Origin: a virus
Lineage: Duplodnaviria; Caudoviricetes
Strand: one strand, 5' to 3'
DNA length: 61,501 bases
IMG/VR virus record: IMGVR_UViG_3300028007_000002
Location: 1-61,501 of that record
The first letter of the stretch is position 1, and the number at the start of each line of letters is the position of its first letter. The translations under genes were made by a program, and so were the position numbers. The notes under the pieces are model-generated. The model did no database searches. It worked only from the letters and a program-made list of their open reading frames with translations, and was not told the DNA's origin. Shown in pieces: positions 1 through 9,148 of the stretch.

Positions 1-22
1 AAGTTGAGGAGGAAGGTTCAAG

Positions 23-280
23 ATGAATGATCGGTTCGTCTCGGCTTTCAACGATACGCCAGATCAGCCCGCCGACGATCTGTCTGTTGCTCTAGCCATT
101 CTCCGGCAATTGGTCGATGGACCGAATGCCGGAATCGAGTTCTACGGCATAAGACTCATCAGGTTTTGCATCTACTGCAACCTGAAAGTAGAAGAACGCA
201 AGACTGCCGTGGATCACGAGGACGACTGCCCGATCCGTCTGGGCCGTCGACTGCTTGGCCTGCCGGAGGTGATGTGGTGA
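23..280 (+). CDS. hypothetical phage protein with CxxC...HxxxC motif
   Basis: GAGGAGG upstream of ATG; CIYC...HEDDC; GTGA overlap with next ORF. Confidence 0.6.
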   Translation: MNDRFVSAFNDTPDQPADDLSVALAILRQLVDGPNAGIEFYGIRLIRFCIYCNLKVEERKTAVDHEDDCPIRLGRRLLGLPEVMW

Positions 281-429
281 CTGCTAGAAACTTAGACTGC
301 GTGCGCCGAGCCCTTGAAATGGCGGCCAGGCAGGCCAAGCATTATCCGCCGCAGCGTGCCAAGCACTGGGGCAAGACGTTGCACGGAGCGTGGACGGCGT
401 ACCCCGAATTGGTTGCCGAATACGGCTGA
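277..429 (+). CDS. small hypothetical protein
   Basis: GTG at 277 overlaps upstream stop; GGAGG upstream. Confidence 0.45.
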   Translation: MTARNLDCVRRALEMAARQAKHYPPQRAKHWGKTLHGAWTAYPELVAEYG

Positions 430-435
430 CCGGTC

Positions 436-660
436 ATGATCCTGAGCCGTGCGCTCAACCGCGATCCTGATCTTGCTCTTGACTGTATTAGCGTATTGTG
501 GATAGATACGTTTCACGATGATTGGAGTTATCTTGACGTTCTTCACAGGAACCCCGTCCGCGTGGCCGAGGTGTTTCGCCAGTGGGCCAGCGATCCCGAG
601 ATGCTGACCGGATTAGCCCGTGACTTGGGCCTAGTGGAGGATGACGATGGCGACCGTTGA
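436..660 (+). CDS. hypothetical protein
   Basis: ORF in a co-directional, tightly packed run. Confidence 0.5.
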   Translation: MILSRALNRDPDLALDCISVLWIDTFHDDWSYLDVLHRNPVRVAEVFRQWASDPEMLTGLARDLGLVEDDDGDR

Positions 661-772
661 AATCGTGGCTGGTCGTGAGACGGACGCCCGGATTGCCGAG
701 GCGTTCGGCTTGGAGGTGGCCCGACTGAAAGCCGCCGAGGCCCGCATCCGGGAACTGGAGGCGCGGCGGTGA
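647..772 (+). CDS. small coiled-coil protein (41 aa, not in ORF track)
   Basis: GGAGG then ATG 647; MATVEIVAGRETDARIAEAFGLEVARLKAAEARIRELEARR; GTGA overlap with next ORF. Confidence 0.45.
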   Translation: MATVEIVAGRETDARIAEAFGLEVARLKAAEARIRELEARR

Positions 773-1020
773 TTGACATCCTCGGCTTCGGCCCGATTCG
801 CCAAAGACACCAACCGGCCGGGCTCCTGTGCGGTGAGTGCGGAGAGGCGTATCCCTGCCTTCAGATTCGCCGGCTGGATTGGTTCCGGGACGTGATTTAT
901 GTGGGCAGTGAGGTCAACTGTGAGGCGAGGGACGTGCGCCGGGGAGCAACGCGGGACATGACACGACTGCGTGAGTTGTTGGACCTGTTCAATGAACTAA
1001 AACAGGAGATGCCCAGATGA
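769..1020 (+). CDS. hypothetical protein with CxxC motif
   Basis: CGECGEAYPC; 4-nt overlaps at both ends. Confidence 0.5.
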   Translation: MIDILGFGPIRQRHQPAGLLCGECGEAYPCLQIRRLDWFRDVIYVGSEVNCEARDVRRGATRDMTRLRELLDLFNELKQEMPR

Positions 1021-1646
1021 CCGACCTCGACGCCATCCGACGACGCGCCGAGGCGGCCACGCGACCTGTTCCCGGATATGCGGGGTATGAAGCTGATGGG
1101 TATGGACGCATCTGGAGTGTCGCAAGCGATTGGCGCGGTTATGGTCGAAGAGTCCTTGTCCCTGACCCGAACGCTAGTGGCTATCTCAGTGTTCGGGTTT
1201 GCCGGGACGGTAAGAGGGTGCGGAGGCCTGTTCACACACTTGTTGCGCTGGCATTTCATGGTCTACCTCAACAAGGGATGCAGGTGCGTCACCTTGACGG
1301 CGATAAGATGAACAATTGTCCGTCTAATTTGGGTTGGGGGACTGCAAAAGAAAATGCGCTAGACCGCATGGTTCATGGCCGCACGCCTTGTGGCGACAAG
1401 AATGGATCACGGTTGCACCCTGAGCGATTGGCCCGTGGTGAGAGGAACGGGACTCACACACATCCTGAGCGCAGGGCGCGAGGCACACGACAAGGATCTG
1501 CCAAGGTCAACGAGTCAGCGGTAATTGAGATCCGGAGGCTTTCTGAGGCTGGGCAAACGTATACCAACATTGGCAGGCTCTTCGGCATACATCGTAAGAC
1601 CGTGAGGCTGATAGTCAACAGGAGCAGGTGGGCGCATGTTGGATAA
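1017..1646 (+). CDS. NUMOD4-HNH homing endonuclease with C-terminal HTH
   Basis: PVPGYAGYEADGYGRIWS (NUMOD4-like); VHTLVALAF...VRHLDGDKMNNCPSNLGWGT (HNH). Confidence 0.85.
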   Translation: MTDLDAIRRRAEAATRPVPGYAGYEADGYGRIWSVASDWRGYGRRVLVPDPNASGYLSVRVCRDGKRVRRPVHTLVALAFHGLPQQGMQVRHLDGDKMNNCPSNLGWGTAKENALDRMVHGRTPCGDKNGSRLHPERLARGERNGTHTHPERRARGTRQGSAKVNESAVIEIRRLSEAGQTYTNIGRLFGIHRKTVRLIVNRSRWAHVG

Positions 1647-2100
1647 AGGCAGTTTAGAAGCAATTGCACATCGCTGTTCCCATGCAACGCCGGGACCGTG
1701 GATGGCCTGCACTGGCTATGAAGATTTCGACTATGAGTCAGGCGGGGTGTTGGTTCACGAATCGCATCCATATAACGCGATTCGTGTTGCCGGATCTGAC
1801 GGCGCTGCATTCGGCGCCAACAGTCATGAGGTTGGCCAAGCATTCCACGATTTCAACGCCGAGTTCGTCGCTCACGCCCATGAGGATATCCTGGCCTTGC
1901 TGGCAGAGGTGGAGCGGCTCACCCGTGCTCACACCGAGGCAGCAGTCGTGTTTCGAGATCTGCTGGATCACCGAATTGCGGATGGCCGCTGCACCGAATG
2001 CTGGCGGCCGCCCAGCGATCACAAAGCCGGGTGCGATACTGAGGCGGCCGAGGCGTGGCTGCGGGAGTTTGGGCTGGCTGGAGGTGACGAGTGCTCCTAA
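1636..2100 (+). CDS. Ead/Ea22-like phage protein
   Basis: ATPGPW and NAEFVAHAHEDILALLAEVERL motifs. Confidence 0.7.
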   Translation: MLDKGSLEAIAHRCSHATPGPWMACTGYEDFDYESGGVLVHESHPYNAIRVAGSDGAAFGANSHEVGQAFHDFNAEFVAHAHEDILALLAEVERLTRAHTEAAVVFRDLLDHRIADGRCTECWRPPSDHKAGCDTEAAEAWLREFGLAGGDECS

Positions 2101-2211
2101 TCGTGGCACGCGGTCCGGCGTCGGGCGAGGGGCAGCGGGACGATCGGCAAGCGATCCGCGCGGTTGAACACAATCCAGGCTAAGACTATGCCTATCTAAT
2201 AAACTGCTACA

Positions 2212-2427
2212 GTGAACGACACACCGTCACCCGATACTGAGGTTTATTGTCATTGCTGCGGTCAGATGCTCGGGAAGTGGCGTCCGGGGTCGATTTACCT
2301 GCGCATCCGCGGCCGGTTATCGATCATCCGAGGGGCTGATCTCTCGCTTGATACGCGGTGTGAGCGCTGCGGCACCGTGACGAAAATCCAGGTTCCCAAT
2401 CCCAACCATTGTCCAGACAGGTTCTAA
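2212..2427 (+). CDS. zinc-ribbon protein, Com-like
   Basis: VYCHCCGQMLG...RCERCG. Confidence 0.6.
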   Translation: MNDTPSPDTEVYCHCCGQMLGKWRPGSIYLRIRGRLSIIRGADLSLDTRCERCGTVTKIQVPNPNHCPDRF

Positions 2428-2437
2428 CTGGTACACT
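2409..2437 (+). promoter_or_regulatory. putative sigma70-type promoter
   Basis: TTGTCC-N17-TACACT, followed by a GC-rich hairpin with a T-rich tail (about 2459-2507). Confidence 0.4.
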
Positions 2438-2518
2438 GCCGTCAAAGCGTGGCATCAGGCCGCCGAGAACCGACCCAGGTAGGTCAGTTCCCGGCGGCTT
2501 TCTATTTGCCCGCGGGAC

Positions 2519-3316
2519 GTGGTGATGGATCCCATTCGATTCAGTCAGTCTGGCCAGGTACCCACCCCAATTCGTACCGGCAAAGAGCCCTATCGCTTTT
2601 CCGATCGACACAAGGTCGCCCTTGTCTTAGACGCTGTCGCGGCCGAGTACGGCACGACTATAGAACGACTTCAAGGGCGCGGTCGGGATCTACCGGCCAA
2701 CCTGGCTCGGCAGGCCGCGACCATTCTGCTGTCCCAGCTCCTCACCATCACAAACTCAGAGATCGGGCGCATCCTTGGCGGGCGAGATCACTCGCGGATT
2801 GCCGAGGCCCGGGCGAAGCTCCCGCTTCTGATCCTCGACACTCACTGGCGTGAATGCTACGAGGCTGCCTATCGTTCGGCGCTGATTGAACTCGAAGCTT
2901 TTGAGCGGGGCAATGCGACCGCTCAAGCACCAGGTGACGACGACGGCTTCCTGCCCCTCGTTCCGGTGCAGGTGGCGAGTTACCAGCAGGTCCCGGTCGT
3001 CATCGTGGCGGTGACGCCGAGTCGCCGTCGCTGTCGGGTTCGGTTCGCCGGGTCACCGCCGGCCGGCCTGCCTGAAACGACAATCTTGGTTGCCGGCGAC
3101 CTTCGCCCCCCGCCGCGGCTGGTGGTTGGCCTCGATGAACTCACGGCCTACGCCTCATTCTGGAGTAAGGTCGAGGAGAGCGGGTTAACCAATGGCCGAC
3201 ATCAGGATCAGTATCATCGGGCCAAGCTCGTGCTGACGACACTCCGCTACGGGGAAGACAGCGAACCGGTTGCCGAGCCGCCGGATGCCCTGCCGGGTCT
3301 GAGCGCAACCGCTTAG
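2519..3316 (+). CDS. protein with DnaA domain IV-like HTH; possible transcription regulator
   Basis: VLDAVAAEYG...GRGR...ARQ...EIGRILGGRDHS matches the DnaA C-terminal domain pattern. Confidence 0.7.
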   Translation: MVMDPIRFSQSGQVPTPIRTGKEPYRFSDRHKVALVLDAVAAEYGTTIERLQGRGRDLPANLARQAATILLSQLLTITNSEIGRILGGRDHSRIAEARAKLPLLILDTHWRECYEAAYRSALIELEAFERGNATAQAPGDDDGFLPLVPVQVASYQQVPVVIVAVTPSRRRCRVRFAGSPPAGLPETTILVAGDLRPPPRLVVGLDELTAYASFWSKVEESGLTNGRHQDQYHRAKLVLTTLRYGEDSEPVAEPPDALPGLSATA

Positions 3317-3317
3317 G

Positions 3318-3363
3318 CCTGCGCGGAACCGGCCCCGGGACAGCCTCCAGCCGCCTACCATGG
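3318..3363 (+). promoter_or_regulatory. repeated promoter-like motif, copy 1
   Basis: CCTGCGCGGAAC-N23-GCC-TACCAT-GG. Confidence 0.55.
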
Positions 3364-3534
3364 TCCGTTGGAGGCGTCCCATTTCTCACCAGCCGATTGA
3401 CCTGAGATCCGTCGCTAAGCGCGACGGTCACTTGTGCTGCCCTGCCTGTGATCAGTGGACAAGCAAGCTGGTTCTGCTGCGCGACGGACGGATTCTCTGT
3501 GTCCGCTGCGCCGGCCGAAAAGTGGTCTCCTAGA

Positions 3535-4506
3535 ATGACCGTTCTCGGAAACCAGTCGTCGGTCATTTTCGGAAGCCAGACGACACAACCGGACCCGGCC
3601 ACCCCCTTTGCCTTCGCGGCGGATCAGAACCCGGCTACCGTCTATCTGGCGCGGCTGGCTCCCGGCTCCCGACCGACGATGCGTGCAGCACTCGAGACCA
3701 TCGCCCGGTTGGTGTCGTCCGGAACCCATGATGCGACGGCTCTCCCGTGGGGCGCTCTCCGTTATCAGCACACGATGGCCATTCGGGCCGCCCTGTCCGA
3801 TCGCTACTCGCCGGCGACCGCCAACCGTCATCTCGCGGCCTTGCGTGGAGTCCTGAAGGAAGCCTGGAGGCTGGGCCATCTGACGGCTGAGGAATATCAA
3901 CGAGCGGCGGATCTTGGGCCGGTCCGCGGATCGACCGTTGCCAAGGGGCGAGCACTCGGCGGCGATGAACTCATGAATCTGCTGGCCGCGTGCGCCGCCG
4001 ATGACGGACCGGCCGGCTCTCGTGATGCCGCTCTCATCGCCACGCTGTACGCGAGCGGTCTGCGTCGGGCTGAGGTAGTGGCCATCGACCTATCAGACCT
4101 CGACCTTCCGGAGGCTCGTCTGCTCGTCCGCTCAGGCAAGGGCAACAAGGGGAGATTGGTCTATGTGGAGGCGGCGGTGGGTCAGCTCAGCGGCTGGCTG
4201 ACGGTGCGCGGGGATCATGCCGGCGCACTCTTCGTTCCAATTCATCGCTCCGGCCGGCTGACCTGGCGGCGCATGACCCCGGAGGCAGTTTTGGCCATCA
4301 TGAGAAAGCGTGCGATCACGGCAGGACTCGCTCACTTCAGTCCGCATGACCTGCGGCGTACCTTCATCTCCGACTTACTCGATGCCGGCGCCGACCTGTC
4401 CACCGTACAGGCTCTTGCTGGTCACTCCACGCCGAAGACGACGGCGCGTTATGACCGGCGTGGTGAGCGGGCCAAACGACGAGCCGCAGGATTGTTGAGT
4501 TTGTAG
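3535..4506 (+). CDS. tyrosine recombinase (XerC/D-like); start uncertain, ORF open from 3448
   Basis: GLRRAE, GKGNK, HDLRR, AGH, TARY: complete R-K-H-R-H-Y catalytic set. Confidence 0.9.
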   Translation: MTVLGNQSSVIFGSQTTQPDPATPFAFAADQNPATVYLARLAPGSRPTMRAALETIARLVSSGTHDATALPWGALRYQHTMAIRAALSDRYSPATANRHLAALRGVLKEAWRLGHLTAEEYQRAADLGPVRGSTVAKGRALGGDELMNLLAACAADDGPAGSRDAALIATLYASGLRRAEVVAIDLSDLDLPEARLLVRSGKGNKGRLVYVEAAVGQLSGWLTVRGDHAGALFVPIHRSGRLTWRRMTPEAVLAIMRKRAITAGLAHFSPHDLRRTFISDLLDAGADLSTVQALAGHSTPKTTARYDRRGERAKRRAAGLLSL

Positions 4507-5082
4507 ATGGCTGCACGAAAATTCACCGAATTTCAGTGGAATGGACGGCGCGAGGAAGCAGCCTCGTTGTTGGCTCAGGATGTTCTCACGGATGAGCAGA
4601 TTGCCGAAAAGGTTGGAATCAGCCGGCGCCAACTCGCCAATTGGAAGCTGGTTCCGGAGTTCGCGGCGAAAGTGGCGTCAATCGTTGAGGAGACACGGCA
4701 GGCCCTTCAGCGTCGCGGGATCGCCGAGCGGCAGAACCGCGTCAATGCGCTGAATGACCGATGGGACCGGATGCAGCGGATCATCGCCGCCCGGGCCGAG
4801 GAATATCGGAATGTGCCCGGTGGTGAGACTGGACTCTTTGTCCGAGAGGTCCAGTTGGTGAAGGTCTACAACGGCGGCGATGATCCTGGTGACGAGGACG
4901 ACGTGCTGTACTCGGCCAAGAAATTCGTTGAGATCGAGAGGTTTTCGATCGATACCGGTCTGCTGAAAGAAATGCGTGCGCACGAAGAGCAGGCGGCCAA
5001 AGAGCTTGGCCAGTGGGCAGAAAAGATCCAGCAGACCGGCAATACCACGATCCGGGTGGTGTATGACGACCCTGAAGATTAA
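4507..5082 (+). CDS. terS: terminase small subunit (N-terminal HTH)
   Basis: HTH (DEQIAEKVGISRRQLANWK), AAKELGQW motif, directly upstream of TerL. Confidence 0.75.
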   Translation: MAARKFTEFQWNGRREEAASLLAQDVLTDEQIAEKVGISRRQLANWKLVPEFAAKVASIVEETRQALQRRGIAERQNRVNALNDRWDRMQRIIAARAEEYRNVPGGETGLFVREVQLVKVYNGGDDPGDEDDVLYSAKKFVEIERFSIDTGLLKEMRAHEEQAAKELGQWAEKIQQTGNTTIRVVYDDPED

Positions 5083-6277
5083 GCTGCCGCGGCCGCACGC
5101 CGGGCAGCGTCAGGTCATTCAGGAGGCGCAACGGTTCAATGTGCTGGCGTGCGGTCGGCGCTTTGGTAAGACGACGTTCGGCATCGACCGGGTGATCGGC
5201 CCGGCGCTGGAGGGTTATCCGACGGCCTGGTTTGCCCCGACCTACAAAATGATGGCCGAGGTTTGGCGTGTCGCCCGTCAGGTGCTTCAGCCGGTGACCG
5301 CGGTGATCAATAGCCAGGAGAAGCGCTTGGAGTTGATCACGGGCGGCGTCGTCGAAATGTGGTCGCTGGATTCACCGGATGCGGCGCGGGGCCGGAAGTA
5401 TCGTCGAGCTGTGATCGACGAAGCGGCGATGATCCGATCTTTACAAGAGGCGTGGCAGGCGGTCATCCGACCGACGTTGACCGACTATGAGGGCGACGGC
5501 TGGTTCCTTTCGACGCCGAAGGGCGCTAATTTTTTCCGGCAGATGTATTTCTGGGGACAGGATCCCGGCTTCTCGGACTGGCAGAGCTGGCGGATGCCGA
5601 CCACGACGAATCCGTTCATTAAGGTCAGCGAGGTCGAGTCGGCGCGGCGAGAACTTCCGGAGCGCACGTTTGCCCAGGAGTACCTTGCTGAGTTCCTTGA
5701 GGATGCCGGCGGCGTGTTCCGTCGGGTGGAAACTTGCGCGACTCTGCCGGGGCTAGCGACGCCCGATCCGAGGCGACCGCGGCAAACGGTGATTGGCGTC
5801 GATTGGGCCAAGACCTACGATTTCACGGTCTTAGTGGTCATTGATGTTCGATCCGGGGATGTGGTCGATCTCGATCGGTTCAACCAGATTGACTGGGCGG
5901 TCCAGAGGAGCCGGCTGCGGGCACTATGGGAGAAATGGCGATCCACAACCATTCTTGCGGAGCGCAATAGCATCGGCGATCCGAACATCGAGGCGTTGCA
6001 ACGTGAAGGGCTGCCGATTCAGGGTTTCACGACGACGAATGCGACCAAGACCGAGATCATCGAAGGGTTGGCACTCGCCATTGAGACCGAGCAGATCCAC
6101 TTCCCGAAGATCCCGGAGTTGATCGGGGAACTTCAGAGTTACGAGATGGAACGGTTGCCCAGCGGGTTGATTCGGTACGGGGCTCCCGATGGGACGCATG
6201 ACGACATCGTGATGGCGCTGGCCCTGGCGCGCTATGCGGCGCACAACGGGATGAGCCGGCGGCTGGTCACCTGGTAG
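5063..6277 (+). CDS. terL: terminase large subunit
   Basis: Walker A CGRRFGKT, Walker B VIDEAA, STPKG, nuclease IGVDWA and HDDIVMALALA. Confidence 0.95.
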   Translation: MTTLKIKLPRPHAGQRQVIQEAQRFNVLACGRRFGKTTFGIDRVIGPALEGYPTAWFAPTYKMMAEVWRVARQVLQPVTAVINSQEKRLELITGGVVEMWSLDSPDAARGRKYRRAVIDEAAMIRSLQEAWQAVIRPTLTDYEGDGWFLSTPKGANFFRQMYFWGQDPGFSDWQSWRMPTTTNPFIKVSEVESARRELPERTFAQEYLAEFLEDAGGVFRRVETCATLPGLATPDPRRPRQTVIGVDWAKTYDFTVLVVIDVRSGDVVDLDRFNQIDWAVQRSRLRALWEKWRSTTILAERNSIGDPNIEALQREGLPIQGFTTTNATKTEIIEGLALAIETEQIHFPKIPELIGELQSYEMERLPSGLIRYGAPDGTHDDIVMALALARYAAHNGMSRRLVTW

Positions 6278-6285
6278 AGGGGACA

Positions 6286-7653
6286 ATGGACGAGATCACG
6301 CGAGCGCTTCAGGAGTTGAGGCGACGCCGGGCAGGCTATCAACTCTACTCGAACTACTACGAGGGCAACCATCGACTGACTTTTGCGACGGAGAAGTTCC
6401 GGAACACGTTCGGCAACCTTTTTCGGGAGTTCGCCGATAATTTGTGCCCGGCCGTGGTCGATGCCGTGTCCGACCGACTAAAGTTGATCGGCTTTGATGT
6501 GGAGGATGGGCCGGCCGGTGCAGCCGATGTGGCGTGGGAATTGTGGCAGGTCAATCGGATGGACGAACGCATGGGCGAGATTCATACCGAAGCTCTGATT
6601 GCCGGCGATGGGTATGCGATCGTCTGGCCCGATCCGCGAACAGGCCAACCAACCATCTATCCCCAGGACGGGACCTCGATGACGGTCCGGTACGATCCTG
6701 AAGTGCCCGGACACATCCTCTCCGCGGTCAAGGCGTGGCAGACGGAAGATGAATTCGTGCGGGTGACCTTGTACTTCCCCGATCGGATCGAGAAGTGGAT
6801 CACGCGATCGGCCTGTCCGGCGGGCTGGCCAGAATCAAGCCAAGCGTTTGTGCCTTACGAGGTGCCCGGGGAAGCGTGGCCGCTCCAGCACGACTATGGC
6901 CGGGTGCCGGTCTTCCACTTCGCCAACAACAGCCGGATGGGACGATCCGGCAAGAGCGAGTTAAAAGACGTTGTGCCCCTCCAGGACTGTTTGAACAAGA
7001 GTCTTTGCGACTTGATGGTTGCGCGAGAGTTTCTTGCTCTTCCGCAGCGGTATGCGACAGGGCTTCAGTTCGATATTGACCCGGAGACCGGGAAGCCGAT
7101 CCCCCTCTTTGTGCCGGGCGCCGATCGTGTCTGGGCGACCCAAAGCAAGGACGTGACCTTTGGTCAGTTCGAGGCGGCGGACCTCGGGCAGTTCATCCAA
7201 GAGCAGGACAGCTTCCGGGCCGAGATCGCCCGGGTGAGCCGGACGCCATTGCACTATCTGTTGCCCCAGAGTGGTGAGTTTCCGAGCGGGGAGGCCCTCA
7301 AGACGGCCGAGTCGCCGTTCTTGGCCAAGGTGATGAAACGGCAGACGGCTTTTGGGAATGTCTGGGAGGACCTGATCGGGTTTGCGCTCCAGATGGTGGG
7401 ACAGTCGGGGGTACGGCTCTCGGCGCTTTGGGAGGATCCGGCGCCGCGGTCGGAGAAGGACCAGGGCGAGGTTCTCCTGATCAAGAAGCAGATCGGCGTG
7501 GACGACGAGACCTTGCTCGGTGAGCTCGGCTACGCCCCCGAGCAGATCCGGGTGATGCTCGCTAAGAAGCAGGCAACTGCGGCCGAGGCTCAACGGACCA
7601 TGCTGCGCACTTTCGATCGGGGCGGTTCAGATCCGGATGAAGAAGTTGCCTAA
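6286..7653 (+). CDS. portal protein (SPP1 gp6-like)
   Basis: YYEGNH, NLCPAVVD, HDYGRVPVFHFAN, GKSEL, SGEALK; follows TerL. Confidence 0.9.
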   Translation: MDEITRALQELRRRRAGYQLYSNYYEGNHRLTFATEKFRNTFGNLFREFADNLCPAVVDAVSDRLKLIGFDVEDGPAGAADVAWELWQVNRMDERMGEIHTEALIAGDGYAIVWPDPRTGQPTIYPQDGTSMTVRYDPEVPGHILSAVKAWQTEDEFVRVTLYFPDRIEKWITRSACPAGWPESSQAFVPYEVPGEAWPLQHDYGRVPVFHFANNSRMGRSGKSELKDVVPLQDCLNKSLCDLMVAREFLALPQRYATGLQFDIDPETGKPIPLFVPGADRVWATQSKDVTFGQFEAADLGQFIQEQDSFRAEIARVSRTPLHYLLPQSGEFPSGEALKTAESPFLAKVMKRQTAFGNVWEDLIGFALQMVGQSGVRLSALWEDPAPRSEKDQGEVLLIKKQIGVDDETLLGELGYAPEQIRVMLAKKQATAAEAQRTMLRTFDRGGSDPDEEVA

Positions 7654-7655
7654 CC

Positions 7656-7700
7656 CCTGCGCGGAACTCGCTTGACCTGAGCCATGACTGCCTAGACTGG
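7656..7700 (+). promoter_or_regulatory. repeated promoter-like motif, copy 2
   Basis: CCTGCGCGGAAC-N22-GCC-TAGACT-GG. Confidence 0.55.
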
Positions 7701-7725
7701 GCGCAGATAGCCCAGTGAGGCAGCC

Positions 7726-7914
7726 ATGATTGTTTCGCCCAAAGTTCCTGATCCGGCCGTTCGAGCCGCCGAGACGCTGGGACACAGTCTTTCCAGTCTC
7801 TATCGAGCCCTTGTTGATGGCGGAATGGCCATTGGCACGGCCGAGGTCTTAACCCGCGACTACATGCTCCATCTGTTCGTGCGTCTCTCGGACAGTCAGA
7901 GAGGTGGGGCATGA
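7726..7914 (+). CDS. hypothetical protein
   Basis: GAGG upstream; ATGA overlap with next ORF. Confidence 0.5.
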   Translation: MIVSPKVPDPAVRAAETLGHSLSSLYRALVDGGMAIGTAEVLTRDYMLHLFVRLSDSQRGGA

Positions 7915-8177
7915 GCGAACTCTTCGCCCGCCATTGCACTCGCTGTGCTCGGGTGTTCTATCCCCAGCAGTCCACGGGACGAACCCTCTGCCTGTGCTGC
8001 TTCACCGACGAACTCCAGTTGGCCGACTGGAATCGCATCTCTCAGAACATTGTCGGTGAGATTGAGGCGCTTGACCTCTTGATCTCTCCGGCCGAGACGC
8101 CCTCAGCGACCGAGCCGACGACGCCGGCCGAGAAGGACCAACCCGATGGCCGGCCAGACCTTTGGGGGCTCTGGTAA
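7911..8177 (+). CDS. zinc-ribbon hypothetical protein
   Basis: CTRC...CLCC. Confidence 0.55.
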   Translation: MSELFARHCTRCARVFYPQQSTGRTLCLCCFTDELQLADWNRISQNIVGEIEALDLLISPAETPSATEPTTPAEKDQPDGRPDLWGLW

Positions 8178-8578
8178 TGGCGATGCGCCCCCTGACCGAC
8201 CCACTGTTCCACTCCCCGGACCTTTTTGATTTCCTCTGGGCTGCGACGTACCGGACTCGGTCTATCAAGGTCCAAGCGCGTCGTGTGACGCAACCTGAGT
8301 CGGTCTGGACGCCGCTCGGCGTGCGGCGAGCCAAGGCCGGTGATTGGATCGTTCGGAACCCCGACGGCACGTTGCATGTCCTGAAAGATGCCGCCTTCAA
8401 GGCTCAGTATCAGCGCATTCCCTCCAATCCTTTCGCGCGTGCCCTACAGATCGTCAGTGCGGCGGTTCTCGACTTCGCCGCGAAATCAACCATGGTCCTG
8501 AGCGACCTGGCCGCCATTGTGGCGGACGATCTGGCTACTTTGGCCCGCTTCATTCGGCACCTTGGAGATCCCCTGTGA
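8177..8578 (+). CDS. PGDYG-like hypothetical protein
   Basis: TPLG...AKAGDWIVRNPDG...FKAQY; TAATG coupling. Confidence 0.55.
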   Translation: MAMRPLTDPLFHSPDLFDFLWAATYRTRSIKVQARRVTQPESVWTPLGVRRAKAGDWIVRNPDGTLHVLKDAAFKAQYQRIPSNPFARALQIVSAAVLDFAAKSTMVLSDLAAIVADDLATLARFIRHLGDPL

Positions 8579-8757
8579 GTATTCCCTGCACCGAGCCGTT
8601 CGCGACCCTAACCTTGGTCTTCCAAGGGAGGCTCCCGCGGGTCCTCCGGGAGGCCGGCGACTATCTGGCCCGCATCCATGGTGAGGACATCACTGATGTG
8701 GTGGTGAGCATCGATGATGGTGAGGCCGAGATCCGTGCCTACGTGAGGCGGTCATGA
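8575..8757 (+). CDS. small hypothetical protein
   Basis: GGAG, GTGA overlap; 60 aa. Confidence 0.45.
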   Translation: MSIPCTEPFATLTLVFQGRLPRVLREAGDYLARIHGEDITDVVVSIDDGEAEIRAYVRRS

Positions 8758-8890
8758 AGCCCGCACCGAGAAAGCGCCCCGTCCTCATTGTTGAGGGCGA
8801 GGTGATCCGAGGAGGGATAAGCCTCTCCCATGAGGAGCGTCGAAGTGGCCGTCTGTTAGTCCGCGTAGATTCTCGACGGAACACGGCACC

Positions 8891-9067
8891 GTGAGCGCGT
8901 CGCTGGCTGATCACCGAGGCATTCTCCGCTTCAGTGATGCTGACTTGAGGCGGCTCCTGCAACGGGCCACGGCGGACCTGGCCGGCCGCGAGATCCGGAT
9001 CCTCCACGCCGATCTTTGGACTGACGGCGGCCGGCACTACCTGAAGGTGTTCATTACCACGCCGTGA
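8891..9067 (+). CDS. small hypothetical protein (58 aa, not in ORF track)
   Basis: MSASLADHRGILRFSDADLRRLLQRA...YLKVFITTP; overlaps the stop of a 46-aa ORF starting at 8754. Confidence 0.4.
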   Translation: MSASLADHRGILRFSDADLRRLLQRATADLAGREIRILHADLWTDGGRHYLKVFITTP

Positions 9068-9148
9068 TTCAGTTGGCCTTTCTCGCGGACCTCTGTCTGA
9101 TCTCCCTCTTGCTCGCGGTTCTGCGCTCTCTGCCCACTCCGGATCGTC

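Noticed and set aside
2519-3316. Chromosomal dnaA gene
   Set aside because: Only the domain IV-like HTH is present; no AAA+ motifs.
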